From a plasmid: 36,824 nucleotides of DNA. Made by a program: the position numbers and the translations under genes. The DNA is taken from sequence record NZ_CP124639.1, one strand, 5' to 3'. A model generated the notes under the pieces. That model did no database searches, had not been told where the DNA came from, and saw nothing but the letters and a program-made list of their open reading frames with translations. How positions within the stretch are numbered: position 1 is the first letter of the stretch; each line of letters opens with the position of its first letter. Shown piece by piece: positions 21,926 to 31,700 of the stretch.

Positions 21926-24618
21926 TTGCCCACCGCATCGAGCGCAAGCCGCATCAGTCATCGAACCCGGCCAAGCTGGTCAGGTACATGGTGGCGGCTA
22001 AGGGCGGCATCGACCCGACGAGCTGGGAACGCACGGCCGACTACATTCTGGACACCGCGAACGACACCACCAAGGGCGAGAAGGTCGCCAGCTACCGCGT
22101 TACCAACTGCGGCACGGACGACCCCGCCGACGCTGCGATCCTGATCTTGGCCACACAGGGGGCCAACACCAGGTCAAAGACGGAAAAGACGTATCACCTT
22201 GTCTATTCCTTCCCGCCCGGTGAGCGGCCCGACATTGAAGTGCTGCACGCCATTGAGGACGAGCTTTGCGAAGCCATCGGCTTCGGCGACCACCAACGAG
22301 TGTCGGCCGTCCATATCGACACCGATCACCTGCATGTGCATGTCGCCATCAACAAGGTTCACCCGACAGGGCTGCAAAACATCGAACCGTACTACGACAA
22401 GCGCAGGCTGATGGAGGCGTGCGAACGCCTCGAATTGAAGTACGACCTACAGCGAACCAACCACGGACTAGAGGACAAACAACATGAGCACACCAGAGAA
22501 CGAAGCGACCGAATCCAGCTTGATCGAGGTCAGCGACCAGAGCAGCGCGATAGTAGATTTCGACGATATTTACGAGAGTCCTACGATCTCTCGTTTGCCG
22601 ATGAACCAGAGGCCAAAACCCTCAACGGTCTGCGAACGCTGTCCGGCTGCCGTATGGTTCGCGCTTCCGAAAGAACTTCGGTGCTATTGCCGGGTGATAC
22701 ACGCGGTGATCTACAGCAACGAGGAAAAGAACGCGCTAACGGCCTGCGACGGTCGGGACATGGCGATAGAACAGCTATTGGCCAAGCAGGAAGCGGCGGA
22801 CGCGGCCGGGTAAGCGGCAAAGCCGCCGACGCAGAGGCTCACAGCGGCATCGAGACGCTGACCGGATACGCGGCCCGCGAGCTGGCCCCGGCGATGCGAC
22901 AGGCGACGAGCTGGCAGGAGCTGCACGACGCAGCGGCCGAGCACGGCCTAGAGGTTCGCCAGCGCGGCGCTGGCCTTGTCATCGGCGAGCCAGATTTAGG
23001 CATTTGGGCGAAGGCCAGCAACGTCGGCCGCGACCTTTCCATGAAGGCCCTAACTGACCGTCTTGGCCCGTTCCAGCCTTCCGAACGGCAGGCCGAGGCG
23101 AAGGCGAACCGCAAGCGGTACGAGCCACGACCCCGGCGGCCGGATAACCCGACGACAGCGGGCCTGTTCAACCAGTACCAGCGCGAGCGACAGGCGGCCA
23201 TTTTGGCCCGCCGTCAGGGCCTCGACCAGATCAAGCGCGAGAGTGCGGCTTTCAATGCGCAGGTGAAGCAGTGGAGCCAGACAGAGCGAATGCTTTTGAA
23301 GGTCGCGGGCAAGGGGCCGACCAAACGCCTGATGTACGGCACTATCAAACAGCAGGCCGACGCCTCGCGCCAAAAGAACCGGCAGAGCGCAGACGCTCGC
23401 CGTCAGGCGCTGTTCAAACAGACGACGATGCCCACTTGGGCCGACTGGCTGACGCAGCAGGCCGAGCGCGGCAACGCCGAGGCGCTGGCCGTGCTACGCG
23501 ACCGCGAGGAACGGACACGCCGCTGGAACGGCGAGCTACTGACCGCCGACCGGGCCGACAAGGCCAAGGCTGTTGTTCTCGACAAGCTCAAGCCCAAGGC
23601 TCGGAAAGACGGGACGATGGCATACAGCACCATCGACGGCGGCATGGTGATCGACCGGAAGACGCACGTTCAGGCGCAGAAAGCCACGACCGGCGCGGCA
23701 CTGGTAGCGCTCGAACTGGCATCCAAGCGGTTCGAGGGCCAAGCCCTCATCGTGGAAGGCACGGACGAGTTCCGGCTTGAAGTCGCCCAGCTCGCCGGTA
23801 TGCACGGCCTCAAGGTCACGTTCACCGATCCGGCGATGGAGCAAATGCGCCGCGAGACGGCCGAGCACAAGGAAATGGAGAAGGCCTTTCAGGCCGAAAT
23901 CAAGGCATCGAGCCGCGACGACTTCGCCGAACTGGTGGACTTCGGCAAAGCGCCGTTCGAGCACATCAAGGGCAACCGCAAGAGCTACTTCGTCACGCTG
24001 CGCGACGGGAACGGCGAAGACCGAACCCTATGGGGCGTCGATCTTGAAAGGGCGGTGGCAAATAGCGGTGCGGCCGTGGGCGACCGCGTGCGTGTCAATC
24101 ACATGGGCAGCGAGAGCGTGACGCTACCGGACGGCCGGACGGTGGAGCGCAACGAATGGCGCATGGAGACAGCACCAAAAGGAAGCCAGACAGCCAAGCC
24201 GAAACCGAACCGTCCAACCCCTGCGCCGAACGACATGGATGCGGCGTTTTTGGCCGAAACTGGCCTGTCCGGCAAGACGACGGGAAACCGGACAGGCGGC
24301 AAGCCCGCGCAGCCCGTGGATTCTGGCCCGGCGGTGCAAAAATGGATTGAAGAACGCAACAAAAATAGAGACAAAATATCGTCTATAGACTATCATCGGC
24401 TTTGGCAATCCACCGACGCAGGCAGGGCCACATATCAAGGTCGCAGGCGCATGGAAGACGGTAGCGAAGTGCTGTTGTTGAAGCGCGGCGATGAAATGTT
24501 GGTCAAGCCATCCACCCCCCGCGTAGTCGCCAAGGCGGCGACATGGAAACTAGGTCGCGTCGTCCAGTTGGACGGACGTGGACGATTCACTGACAGGAGT
24601 AACGAGGTCGAACTATGA
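21922..24618 (+). CDS. traI: MobP-family conjugative relaxase (TraI-like), 898 aa with a long C-terminal extension
   Basis: Motif III HIDTDHLHVHVAINKVHP (3-His). N-terminal …YHLVYSFPPGERPD. ATG at 21922 coupled to the traJ stop. The ORF-track start at 21808 is an upstream extension. Confidence 0.85.
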   Translation: MIAHRIERKPHQSSNPAKLVRYMVAAKGGIDPTSWERTADYILDTANDTTKGEKVASYRVTNCGTDDPADAAILILATQGANTRSKTEKTYHLVYSFPPGERPDIEVLHAIEDELCEAIGFGDHQRVSAVHIDTDHLHVHVAINKVHPTGLQNIEPYYDKRRLMEACERLELKYDLQRTNHGLEDKQHEHTRERSDRIQLDRGQRPEQRDSRFRRYLRESYDLSFADEPEAKTLNGLRTLSGCRMVRASERTSVLLPGDTRGDLQQRGKERANGLRRSGHGDRTAIGQAGSGGRGRVSGKAADAEAHSGIETLTGYAARELAPAMRQATSWQELHDAAAEHGLEVRQRGAGLVIGEPDLGIWAKASNVGRDLSMKALTDRLGPFQPSERQAEAKANRKRYEPRPRRPDNPTTAGLFNQYQRERQAAILARRQGLDQIKRESAAFNAQVKQWSQTERMLLKVAGKGPTKRLMYGTIKQQADASRQKNRQSADARRQALFKQTTMPTWADWLTQQAERGNAEALAVLRDREERTRRWNGELLTADRADKAKAVVLDKLKPKARKDGTMAYSTIDGGMVIDRKTHVQAQKATTGAALVALELASKRFEGQALIVEGTDEFRLEVAQLAGMHGLKVTFTDPAMEQMRRETAEHKEMEKAFQAEIKASSRDDFAELVDFGKAPFEHIKGNRKSYFVTLRDGNGEDRTLWGVDLERAVANSGAAVGDRVRVNHMGSESVTLPDGRTVERNEWRMETAPKGSQTAKPKPNRPTPAPNDMDAAFLAETGLSGKTTGNRTGGKPAQPVDSGPAVQKWIEERNKNRDKISSIDYHRLWQSTDAGRATYQGRRRMEDGSEVLLLKRGDEMLVKPSTPRVVAKAATWKLGRVVQLDGRGRFTDRSNEVEL
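22484..22813 (+). CDS. Candidate overlapping gene inside traI (alternative frame), acidic 109-aa protein; TraH-like arrangement
   Basis: ATG at 22484 preceded by GAGGACAAACAAC; acidic N-terminus (ENEATESSLIEVSDQSSAIVDFDDIYES). By analogy, RP4 traH lies within traI in another frame. This is not proven to be coding. Confidence 0.2.
   Translation: MSTPENEATESSLIEVSDQSSAIVDFDDIYESPTISRLPMNQRPKPSTVCERCPAAVWFALPKELRCYCRVIHAVIYSNEEKNALTACDGRDMAIEQLLAKQEAADAAG
24375..24396. promoter_or_regulatory. Partial operator copy (AATATCG-TCTATAGA-CTATCAT) inside the 3' end of traI, about 220 bp upstream of traG
   Basis: The right arm and core match the 22-bp palindrome family; the left arm is degenerate. Confidence 0.35.
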
Positions 24619-26573
24619 GCGATAAAAATTCGTCGGCGGGTAAGCTGCGGCTTATCGGCGGCGTTTATTTAGTGCTGTTCATCATCGGTTTGAACAGCAT
24701 ATGTACGCAATTTATTGCGTACCGGGTTGGCTACCATCCGGCACTTGGGCCGTCACTGTTCGGGCAGCTTTATATGCCCTTCGACTGGTGGCGATGGCTG
24801 TTCAAGTTCTACGACTCAGCGCCCAATTCCTACAACTATGCCTTTGTGATTTTCGCGCTCGGCGTGCTGGTCGGTCTGCTGACCTATGTTCTCTGGATCG
24901 GCTTCAAGACGCGCAGCTCGCGCAAGCATGAAGACGTTCACGGAACGGCGCACTTCGCCACGCTGGACGAGGTACGGGAAACGGGCCTACTGCCGCGTGA
25001 GGGCAAGCAAGGGCAGGGCGTCTACTGCGGGGCGTATGACGACCCCGAAACCGGCACCACGTACTACCTGCGGCACGACGGCCCGGAGCATGTTTGCGCC
25101 CTTGCACCGACCCGTTCGGGCAAGGGTGTGGGCCTTGTCATTCCCACCCTGTTGAGCTGGCCCCACTCGGTGTTCGTGCTCGACCGTAAGGGCGAAAACT
25201 ACGCCATGACTTCGGGCTGGCGTCAGAAGCACGCCAACAACGTGATCCTGCGCTTTGACCCAGCGAAGCCGGGCACCGGCTGCGCATGGAACCCATTGGG
25301 CGAAATCCAGTTCCGCACCCGCTTTCAGGTCAGTGACGCGCAAAACATCGCGCTGATGGTCATCGACTCCGATGGCAAGGGCATCGAGTCCGACCACTTC
25401 CGTAGTGCCGCGTTCGAGCTGCTGGTAGGGCTGATCCTGCACGCGCTCTACAAGGGCGAACAGGTAGGCCGCACGCCCTGCTTGCAGGACATTGGCCACA
25501 TGCTGACCGGCGTGGGCGACTTCGCCGCGCCGGACACGGCCAACGACCTTGTAGACGACCCGGACGGCGACCCGAAAGCACTGGCCGGGCTGTTCGATGA
25601 AATGCGCGAGGTGTCCATCAATGACGGCGACCCGGCGAACCGGGAAGCGCAGCTTGTCATTACCGGCGTCGGCACCCGCATGGCCAACACCCCGGCCCGC
25701 GAGCTGGGCAGCATCATTTCGACGGCGAACAACGCCCTTGCGCTGTACCGCGATCCTATCGTTGGCGAGAACACTTCGCGCAACGACTTCAAGATTGCTG
25801 ACCTGATGGATCACGACCGGCCGGTGTCGCTCTATCTCATTTCGACGCCGAAGACGTCCAAGCGCCTTGTGCCGCTTACCCGCCTGTTGTTGACCATGAT
25901 CGTGCTCACGATGGCCGACGAAATGGAGTTTGACGACGGCCGGGCCAAGACGGCGCACAAGCACCGCTTGCTGCTGATGCTGGACGAGTTCCCGACGCTC
26001 GGCAAAATCGAAGTGTTCGAGGAAGCCTTGGCCTACATCGCCGGTTACGGCATGAAAGCCTACCTCATCACGCAGGACGTGCAGCAGCTCTACAAGGCTT
26101 ATTCAAACTACGAAAGCATCATTTCCAACTGCCACGTCCGCATCGCCTACGCGCCCAACAAGGTCGAGACAGCCGAATGGATGTCGAAGATGACGGGTAC
26201 CACCACCGTCGTCAAAGAGCAGGTGACGACTTCGGGCAAGCGGTTCGGTGCCGTCCTCGACAACGTTTCGCGCAGCTATCAGGAAGTGCAGCGCCCGCTG
26301 ATGACGCCCGACGAAATCATGCGCCTGCCCGGCCCGACCAAGGACGCCAGCGGGGAGAAGATCACCGCGCCGGGCGAAATGCTTGTGTTCGTCGCTGGCC
26401 AGCCGGTAATCCGCGGCCGCCAAATCCTCTACTTCTTTGACCCGGTTTTCTCCAAGCGGTCGAAGCTCAAGCCTGTACCGACTGACGTTGTGCGCGTGGC
26501 CCAGCAATCCAAGCCCACCCCGGCCGCCGCCGGGCCGTCTAACAACAGCAACGGGGGCTTTGTCGTCCAATGA
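24615..26573 (+). CDS. traG: Type IV coupling protein TraG (VirD4 family)
   Basis: N-terminal TM segments. Walker A in LAPTRSGKGVGLVIPTLL. Walker B-like LLLMLDEFPTLG. ATGA overlap with the traI stop. Confidence 0.9.
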   Translation: MSDKNSSAGKLRLIGGVYLVLFIIGLNSICTQFIAYRVGYHPALGPSLFGQLYMPFDWWRWLFKFYDSAPNSYNYAFVIFALGVLVGLLTYVLWIGFKTRSSRKHEDVHGTAHFATLDEVRETGLLPREGKQGQGVYCGAYDDPETGTTYYLRHDGPEHVCALAPTRSGKGVGLVIPTLLSWPHSVFVLDRKGENYAMTSGWRQKHANNVILRFDPAKPGTGCAWNPLGEIQFRTRFQVSDAQNIALMVIDSDGKGIESDHFRSAAFELLVGLILHALYKGEQVGRTPCLQDIGHMLTGVGDFAAPDTANDLVDDPDGDPKALAGLFDEMREVSINDGDPANREAQLVITGVGTRMANTPARELGSIISTANNALALYRDPIVGENTSRNDFKIADLMDHDRPVSLYLISTPKTSKRLVPLTRLLLTMIVLTMADEMEFDDGRAKTAHKHRLLLMLDEFPTLGKIEVFEEALAYIAGYGMKAYLITQDVQQLYKAYSNYESIISNCHVRIAYAPNKVETAEWMSKMTGTTTVVKEQVTTSGKRFGAVLDNVSRSYQEVQRPLMTPDEIMRLPGPTKDASGEKITAPGEMLVFVAGQPVIRGRQILYFFDPVFSKRSKLKPVPTDVVRVAQQSKPTPAAAGPSNNSNGGFVVQ

Positions 26574-27136
26574 AAGGTCGCCGCTTCGGAATCGCCGCCT
26601 TGTGCGCGGCCGCAGTGATCGGCGTTGCGATCACGACCGGCTATCACGCAGGCCTGCGCCTCAACTTCACGGACTCGGCCCCGCATGGGCTTTGGCTTGT
26701 GCAGACCGCCGAAGCGGCCAGCATCAAGCGTGGCGAGCTGGTCGAGGTGTGCCCGCCCGCCTCGCCGATTGTTCGCCTCATGGGCGAACGGGGCTACCTC
26801 GCGCCCGGTGACTGCGAGGATTCCGGCGTAACCCCGCTACTCAAGCCGGTGTCGGCGGTAGCGGGTGACGCCATCCAGTTCGAGCCGGGCCATCCCGTGA
26901 CCGTCAACGGCGTGGCCCTGCCGAACACCGCCGCTATGCCCGCGCTGCCGGGCTGGCCTGCCGGGCGCTACATCGTGCAGCCCGGCGAGGTCTGGCTGTT
27001 TTCCAGCTACAGCGCGGGCAGCTTCGACAGCCGCTACTTTGGCCCCGTTGTGCTGGCCAGCGTGCGCGGCATTGCCCGCCCGGTCGCCGTGATCGGCGAC
27101 CCGGCGGCCATCACTACGGGAGTAACCAAACAATGA
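26570..27136 (+). CDS. traF: Conjugative transfer signal peptidase TraF (S26-like; pilin maturation/cyclisation)
   Basis: 188 aa. N-terminal TM anchor, then an S26/TraF-like domain (…SMPHGLWLV…GDCEDSG…). Positioned after traG as in the IncP Tra1 core. Confidence 0.75.
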   Translation: MKGRRFGIAALCAAAVIGVAITTGYHAGLRLNFTDSAPHGLWLVQTAEAASIKRGELVEVCPPASPIVRLMGERGYLAPGDCEDSGVTPLLKPVSAVAGDAIQFEPGHPVTVNGVALPNTAAMPALPGWPAGRYIVQPGEVWLFSSYSAGSFDSRYFGPVVLASVRGIARPVAVIGDPAAITTGVTKQ

Positions 27137-28029
27137 TCGGCCTCGACATGATGATGGCGTGCGCGCCGAACGTGGCCCCGGCCACGATAGAGAAGGTCAT
27201 TCAGGTGGAGAGCGGCGGCAACCCCTTGGCGCTCAATGTGAACGTCAAGTGGGTGATCGAGCGTGACGAGAAGGGCAACCCGATCATGGTCACGGCCGCA
27301 GACGGCCAGACCAAGCCGAAGCGCCGCAAGGTCGTCTTCAAAAGCCCTATCGCCATCAAGACCGCGCAGGACGCCGTGACCGTTGCCTACATGGCCATCG
27401 ACGCGGGGCACTCCGTCGATATGGGCTACATGCAGGTCAACAGTACCAACCTTAAATCGCTCGGCTACACCGTCGAAGACATGTTCGACACTTGCAAGAA
27501 CCTCGCAGCCGGTGCGCGAGTTCTGACCGCGTTCTACAGCAACGCGCTGCCGAAATATCCGAACGAACAGGCCGCACTCCGGGCGGCCCTGTCCGCCTAC
27601 AACACGGGCGATTTCAACAAGGGATTTTTGAACGGCTACTTGGCCCGCTACGGCGTCGGCCAACAGGTCGCCGTGAGCGTTCCCGCGCTCAATCCGTACA
27701 CGGCCCCGACTGCCGTGTTTGTACGTCAACCGAGAAAGGAAGAAGCCATGAGCACCAAAGAAGAAGCGAGCAGCACCCAGCAGGTCGCGGAAGCGAAAAC
27801 CGCCTTGGCCCCGCGTGTCGATCCCGTCGTGAGCAAGTCGCCCGAAGACAGCGGCACGCCCGGCGTGCAGGTCGAGCACACGGCGGCCGAAGCGGAAGCC
27901 AACGGCGCGTTCAAAGAAACGGCCATGTCCGAAGCCGAGGCGTGGGCCTCGAACGCGGACTTGTCCGCTGACCCGGAAGGAACCGCCATCGTCGTGAACG
28001 GCAAGGCCGTGCGGAAGGGGGGTAACTAA
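27133..28029 (+). CDS. Lytic transglycosylase (SLT domain, VirB1-like)
   Basis: N-terminal …IEKVIQVESGGNPLALNVN… includes the catalytic Glu in the ES motif of the SLT domain. The Ser/Ala/Glu-rich C-terminal region is low complexity. Confidence 0.75.
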   Translation: MIGLDMMMACAPNVAPATIEKVIQVESGGNPLALNVNVKWVIERDEKGNPIMVTAADGQTKPKRRKVVFKSPIAIKTAQDAVTVAYMAIDAGHSVDMGYMQVNSTNLKSLGYTVEDMFDTCKNLAAGARVLTAFYSNALPKYPNEQAALRAALSAYNTGDFNKGFLNGYLARYGVGQQVAVSVPALNPYTAPTAVFVRQPRKEEAMSTKEEASSTQQVAEAKTALAPRVDPVVSKSPEDSGTPGVQVEHTAAEAEANGAFKETAMSEAEAWASNADLSADPEGTAIVVNGKAVRKGGN

Positions 28030-28031
28030 CG

Positions 28032-31000
28032 ATGAAAAAGGAATACGCCGAGGAAGTCGCGGCGCGGATCATAGAGCAGTTGGAGCAGGGCACCGCGCCG
28101 TGGCAAAAGCCGTGGCAGCCCGGCGAGCTGCGCTTGCCGTACAACCCGACCACCGGCAAGGAATACCGTGGCATGAACAGCCTTTGGCTGCACATGCAGG
28201 GCCACAGTGATCCGCGCTGGATGACCTACAACCAAGCCGCCGCCGAAGGCGCACAGGTGCGCAAGGGTTCCAAGGGAACCCATATCGTCTACTGGAAGTT
28301 CAGCGAGGAACGAAAGGCCACCGACGAGCAGGGCCGCCCGGTCATTGACCCGGACACCGGCAAGCAAAAGACCGTGACCGTGCAGCTCGAACGGCCGCGC
28401 TCATTCATGGCCGTGGTGTTCAACGGCTCGCAGATCGACGGCTTGCCGCCGCTGGAAGCGCGACCCACCGGGCCGGAGCCGGAGCGTCACGCCCGCGCCG
28501 AGGCCATCTTGGCCAATTCGGGCGCGGTCATTCGCCACGAACCCGGCGACCGGGCTTTTTACCGTCCCAGCACGGACAGCATCACACTGCCCGAGCGTAA
28601 CCAGTTCCCGACCGCCGACAACTACTACGCCACCGCGCTGCATGAGCTGGGCCACTGGACGGGGCACCCGTCGCGGCTTGACCGCGACCTTGCGCACCCG
28701 TTCGGTTCCGAGGGCTACGCCCGCGAAGAATTGCGAGCGGAAATTGCCTCGCTCATGTTGGGCGAACGCCTCGATATCGGCCACGATCCGGGCCAACACG
28801 CAGCCTATGTCGGTTCGTGGGTTAAAGCCTTGAAGGAAGATCCAAAAGAGATCTTCCGGGCCGCGTCCGACGCCGAACGCATCAGCGGCTACGTGATGGA
28901 TTTCGAGCGTGAGCAGGAGCTATCGCAGGCAGTTGAGGCCGATCTTGGCCCGCGCTGGACTGTAGAACACCGCGACACATTTGCGGCCAATCCCGAGCAG
29001 GTCGTGATCGGCGAAACCAATAGCGCAGTCGAGGCGCTGGCCCTATTCCGAAGCAGGCCAGACACAACCGTGACCGATAACAGAACGGAAACGGTTGAAG
29101 GGCGCACCTCTTGGGTTAGAGACGGTTCCGCGCCGGAGTGGTCGCCGTCGCCCAAGCTGGTCGCTATGGCCAACATGGAAGAACGGGGCGTCCCGCTTCC
29201 GCGTCAGCGCCCCGGTATATCCGCTGCCGACCATCGACTTGCCGAAACGCTGCTGCTCGCCGCCAATCATCCAGAGCCGGGGAGCCACAGCCAACAGTCG
29301 TTGATGAAAGCCGCCGCAGACGCAACCGCCGAGGCCTTCGGGGAGCCGCTGGCAGGCATACGCGCCGGAAAACTGCCGGAGCAATGGAATGGGACGGCGC
29401 GAGCGGTTCCAGTCACACAACGGGGCAGCTATGAGGCAGGCGACGAGGAATATGTACCCGTCGAACAAGGGCAACAGACTCATTGGTTTGTCGAGACTCA
29501 GGACACAGCCGGTAACTGGCATTGGTTCGCTAATGACTTCACGGAGGAAGCCACTACAGCGAAGCGTCTTAATACCATTGGCGAAGTCGCCGGGCTGTCA
29601 GCCGGGCAGGCCGACGCGCAGCAAGGTGTACCGGAACAGCAGGCCTACACCGTGCAGAGCCGCCGTGTCGTGCCGGAGAACGCCGCCAATCATGCAGGCC
29701 AAAACGCCGTCTATGTGCAGCTCGATGACGGCCGCAGGGCTTGGGGATTCGGCGCGACCGACGAAGCCGCCGAGCAATCCGCCGTAGAACGTGCGCAGCG
29801 CGTCGGCCTCGATGCCGACCGGGCACCGACCCGCACAGTTCTGCATGAGCAACCGGAGAAGCCTATGCAATCGCGCACCTATCTGGCCGTGCCCTATGCC
29901 GAAAAGAACGAGGCGAAGGCGCTGGGAGCCAAGTGGGATAAGGAAGCAAAATCATGGTACGCGCCCGAGGGCGTGGACGTAACCACATCGGGCCTTGCCC
30001 GGTGGAGCGTGGACAAGTCCAACGTCGTCACCGCGTCGGAACCCAAGCCCGCCATCGAGCAGTTCAAGGACGCATTGAAGGATGCGGGCTTGCAGCTCAA
30101 GGGTGAGGTCATCACGGACGGGAAGATGCAGCGGGTGCCCGTCGAGGGCGACCGGGGCGGTGCCACCAGTGGCGCATACGCCTACCACGAAGCCGGGCGC
30201 ACGCCGGGCGGTTTCATCCAGAACTACAAGACCGGCGAAGTCGTACATTGGAAGCCCGAAGGCAAGACGCCGGAACTCAGCGCCTCCGACCGTGCCCGGC
30301 AGGCCGCCGAGGCGGCCGAACAGCGCAAGGCACGCGATGCGGCCCGCCTGTCCGAGCACGGCGCGACCGCCGCCGCCGCGCAAGCGTTGTGGAACGAGGC
30401 CCCGGCCGCGACCGCTGACAATGCCTATTGCAAAGCCAAAGGCATCGCCAACCCGGTAGGCCTGCGCGTCGTGCCGGACAGCGTTTCGCCGGAGACTGCT
30501 GCGCACGGGATCAAGATCGCCAAGACAGCCAAGGAAGCCAAGGCGCTGCGCGAGGCTGACCCGGCCAACCGGGTTTTCAAAGCGGGCGACCTGCTGATAC
30601 CTGGCACAGACGGCGAGGGGAAATTGTGGACGCTGCAAAGCGTCAATCCCTACTTCAAATCGTTCATGAAGGGCGGCCGGAAAGCGGGCCTCTACACCGT
30701 TGCCGGTGCTGACGATCCGCGCAAGGCGCTGGCCCAAGACGGCGATTCCCCTTTGGTGCTCGCCGAAGGCTACGCCACAGCCGACACGGTTTCGCGTCTG
30801 CTGGGCGGTAAGCCGGTCATCGTGGCATTCGACAGCGGCAATCTCGACGCGGTGGCCACCGAGCTGCGCGAGCGTCACCCGTCGCGGCCGTTGCTGATCG
30901 CCGCCGACAATGACCACAACGCGCCGAAGGAGCTGGACGCCAACGGCAAGCCCAAGGTCAACGTCGGACTGGTGAAGGCCACAGAAACCGCCGAGAAGCA

Positions 31001-31643
31001 CGGCGGCGGCGTCATGGCCCCGCAGTTCAACGACGGCGAGAAGGGTTCCGACTGGAACGACCTCGCCGGGAGCCGGGGCGACGAAGCTGCCCGCCGGATG
31101 CTCGCCGAGCAAATGGCGGTAGCCAAGCGTGATGCCGCCATAACTGCCGAACGGCTGACCACCCTTGCGCGTACCCGCGACATGGAAGCCCGCAACGACC
31201 CGACGACGAGCGCCGACGATGCGGCCGTAGCAACAGAGCGCGGGCACGCGGCCGAAGTATTGGCCGGTGCGCAATCCGCGCTCAGTGAGGTGCGCAGCAT
31301 GGCCGCCGATGGCGTGACCGGCAACACCAAAGGGGCAACCCGTTCGGCTGCTGCCGTCAAAGCCGGGATCGACCGGAAGACCGAGGCGATGCACGACCGC
31401 GCCAAAGAGGAACGCGAGGAAGTGCTGAACCACGGCCAGACCGGCCCGCTCGATGGCGTCAACGCTGGCGTGTCGTGGAAAAAGCTACCCGAGCAAGCCA
31501 AACAGGCGCTCATCGAGGACGTGAAGAACGGCAAGGACGTGACCTTGCCGAAGGACGCCCCGGCCAAGCTCAAACAGATGGCAGGCCTTGAACCGACCCC
31601 CGCGCCGCGCTCGCGCAGCCGTGGGATTGATGCAGGCCTTTGA
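28032..31643 (+). CDS. traC: TraC1-like conjugative primase: N-terminal ArdC-like ssDNA-binding/zincin metalloprotease domain fused to a Toprim primase domain (1203 aa)
   Basis: ArdC N-terminal domain (…QGTAPWQKPWQ…). HExxH in ALHELGHWTGH. Central motif VPYAEKNEAKALGAKWDKEAKSWYAP. Toprim domain (VLAEGYATADT…LLIAADNDHN…GSDWNDL). Confidence 0.8.
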   Translation: MKKEYAEEVAARIIEQLEQGTAPWQKPWQPGELRLPYNPTTGKEYRGMNSLWLHMQGHSDPRWMTYNQAAAEGAQVRKGSKGTHIVYWKFSEERKATDEQGRPVIDPDTGKQKTVTVQLERPRSFMAVVFNGSQIDGLPPLEARPTGPEPERHARAEAILANSGAVIRHEPGDRAFYRPSTDSITLPERNQFPTADNYYATALHELGHWTGHPSRLDRDLAHPFGSEGYAREELRAEIASLMLGERLDIGHDPGQHAAYVGSWVKALKEDPKEIFRAASDAERISGYVMDFEREQELSQAVEADLGPRWTVEHRDTFAANPEQVVIGETNSAVEALALFRSRPDTTVTDNRTETVEGRTSWVRDGSAPEWSPSPKLVAMANMEERGVPLPRQRPGISAADHRLAETLLLAANHPEPGSHSQQSLMKAAADATAEAFGEPLAGIRAGKLPEQWNGTARAVPVTQRGSYEAGDEEYVPVEQGQQTHWFVETQDTAGNWHWFANDFTEEATTAKRLNTIGEVAGLSAGQADAQQGVPEQQAYTVQSRRVVPENAANHAGQNAVYVQLDDGRRAWGFGATDEAAEQSAVERAQRVGLDADRAPTRTVLHEQPEKPMQSRTYLAVPYAEKNEAKALGAKWDKEAKSWYAPEGVDVTTSGLARWSVDKSNVVTASEPKPAIEQFKDALKDAGLQLKGEVITDGKMQRVPVEGDRGGATSGAYAYHEAGRTPGGFIQNYKTGEVVHWKPEGKTPELSASDRARQAAEAAEQRKARDAARLSEHGATAAAAQALWNEAPAATADNAYCKAKGIANPVGLRVVPDSVSPETAAHGIKIAKTAKEAKALREADPANRVFKAGDLLIPGTDGEGKLWTLQSVNPYFKSFMKGGRKAGLYTVAGADDPRKALAQDGDSPLVLAEGYATADTVSRLLGGKPVIVAFDSGNLDAVATELRERHPSRPLLIAADNDHNAPKELDANGKPKVNVGLVKATETAEKHGGGVMAPQFNDGEKGSDWNDLAGSRGDEAARRMLAEQMAVAKRDAAITAERLTTLARTRDMEARNDPTTSADDAAVATERGHAAEVLAGAQSALSEVRSMAADGVTGNTKGATRSAAAVKAGIDRKTEAMHDRAKEEREEVLNHGQTGPLDGVNAGVSWKKLPEQAKQALIEDVKNGKDVTLPKDAPAKLKQMAGLEPTPAPRSRSRGIDAGL

Positions 31644-31700
31644 CAAGAGACGGCGGCCGGGCGCTGTCCGGCCGCTCAAGACTGAATAGGAGTACAACCA

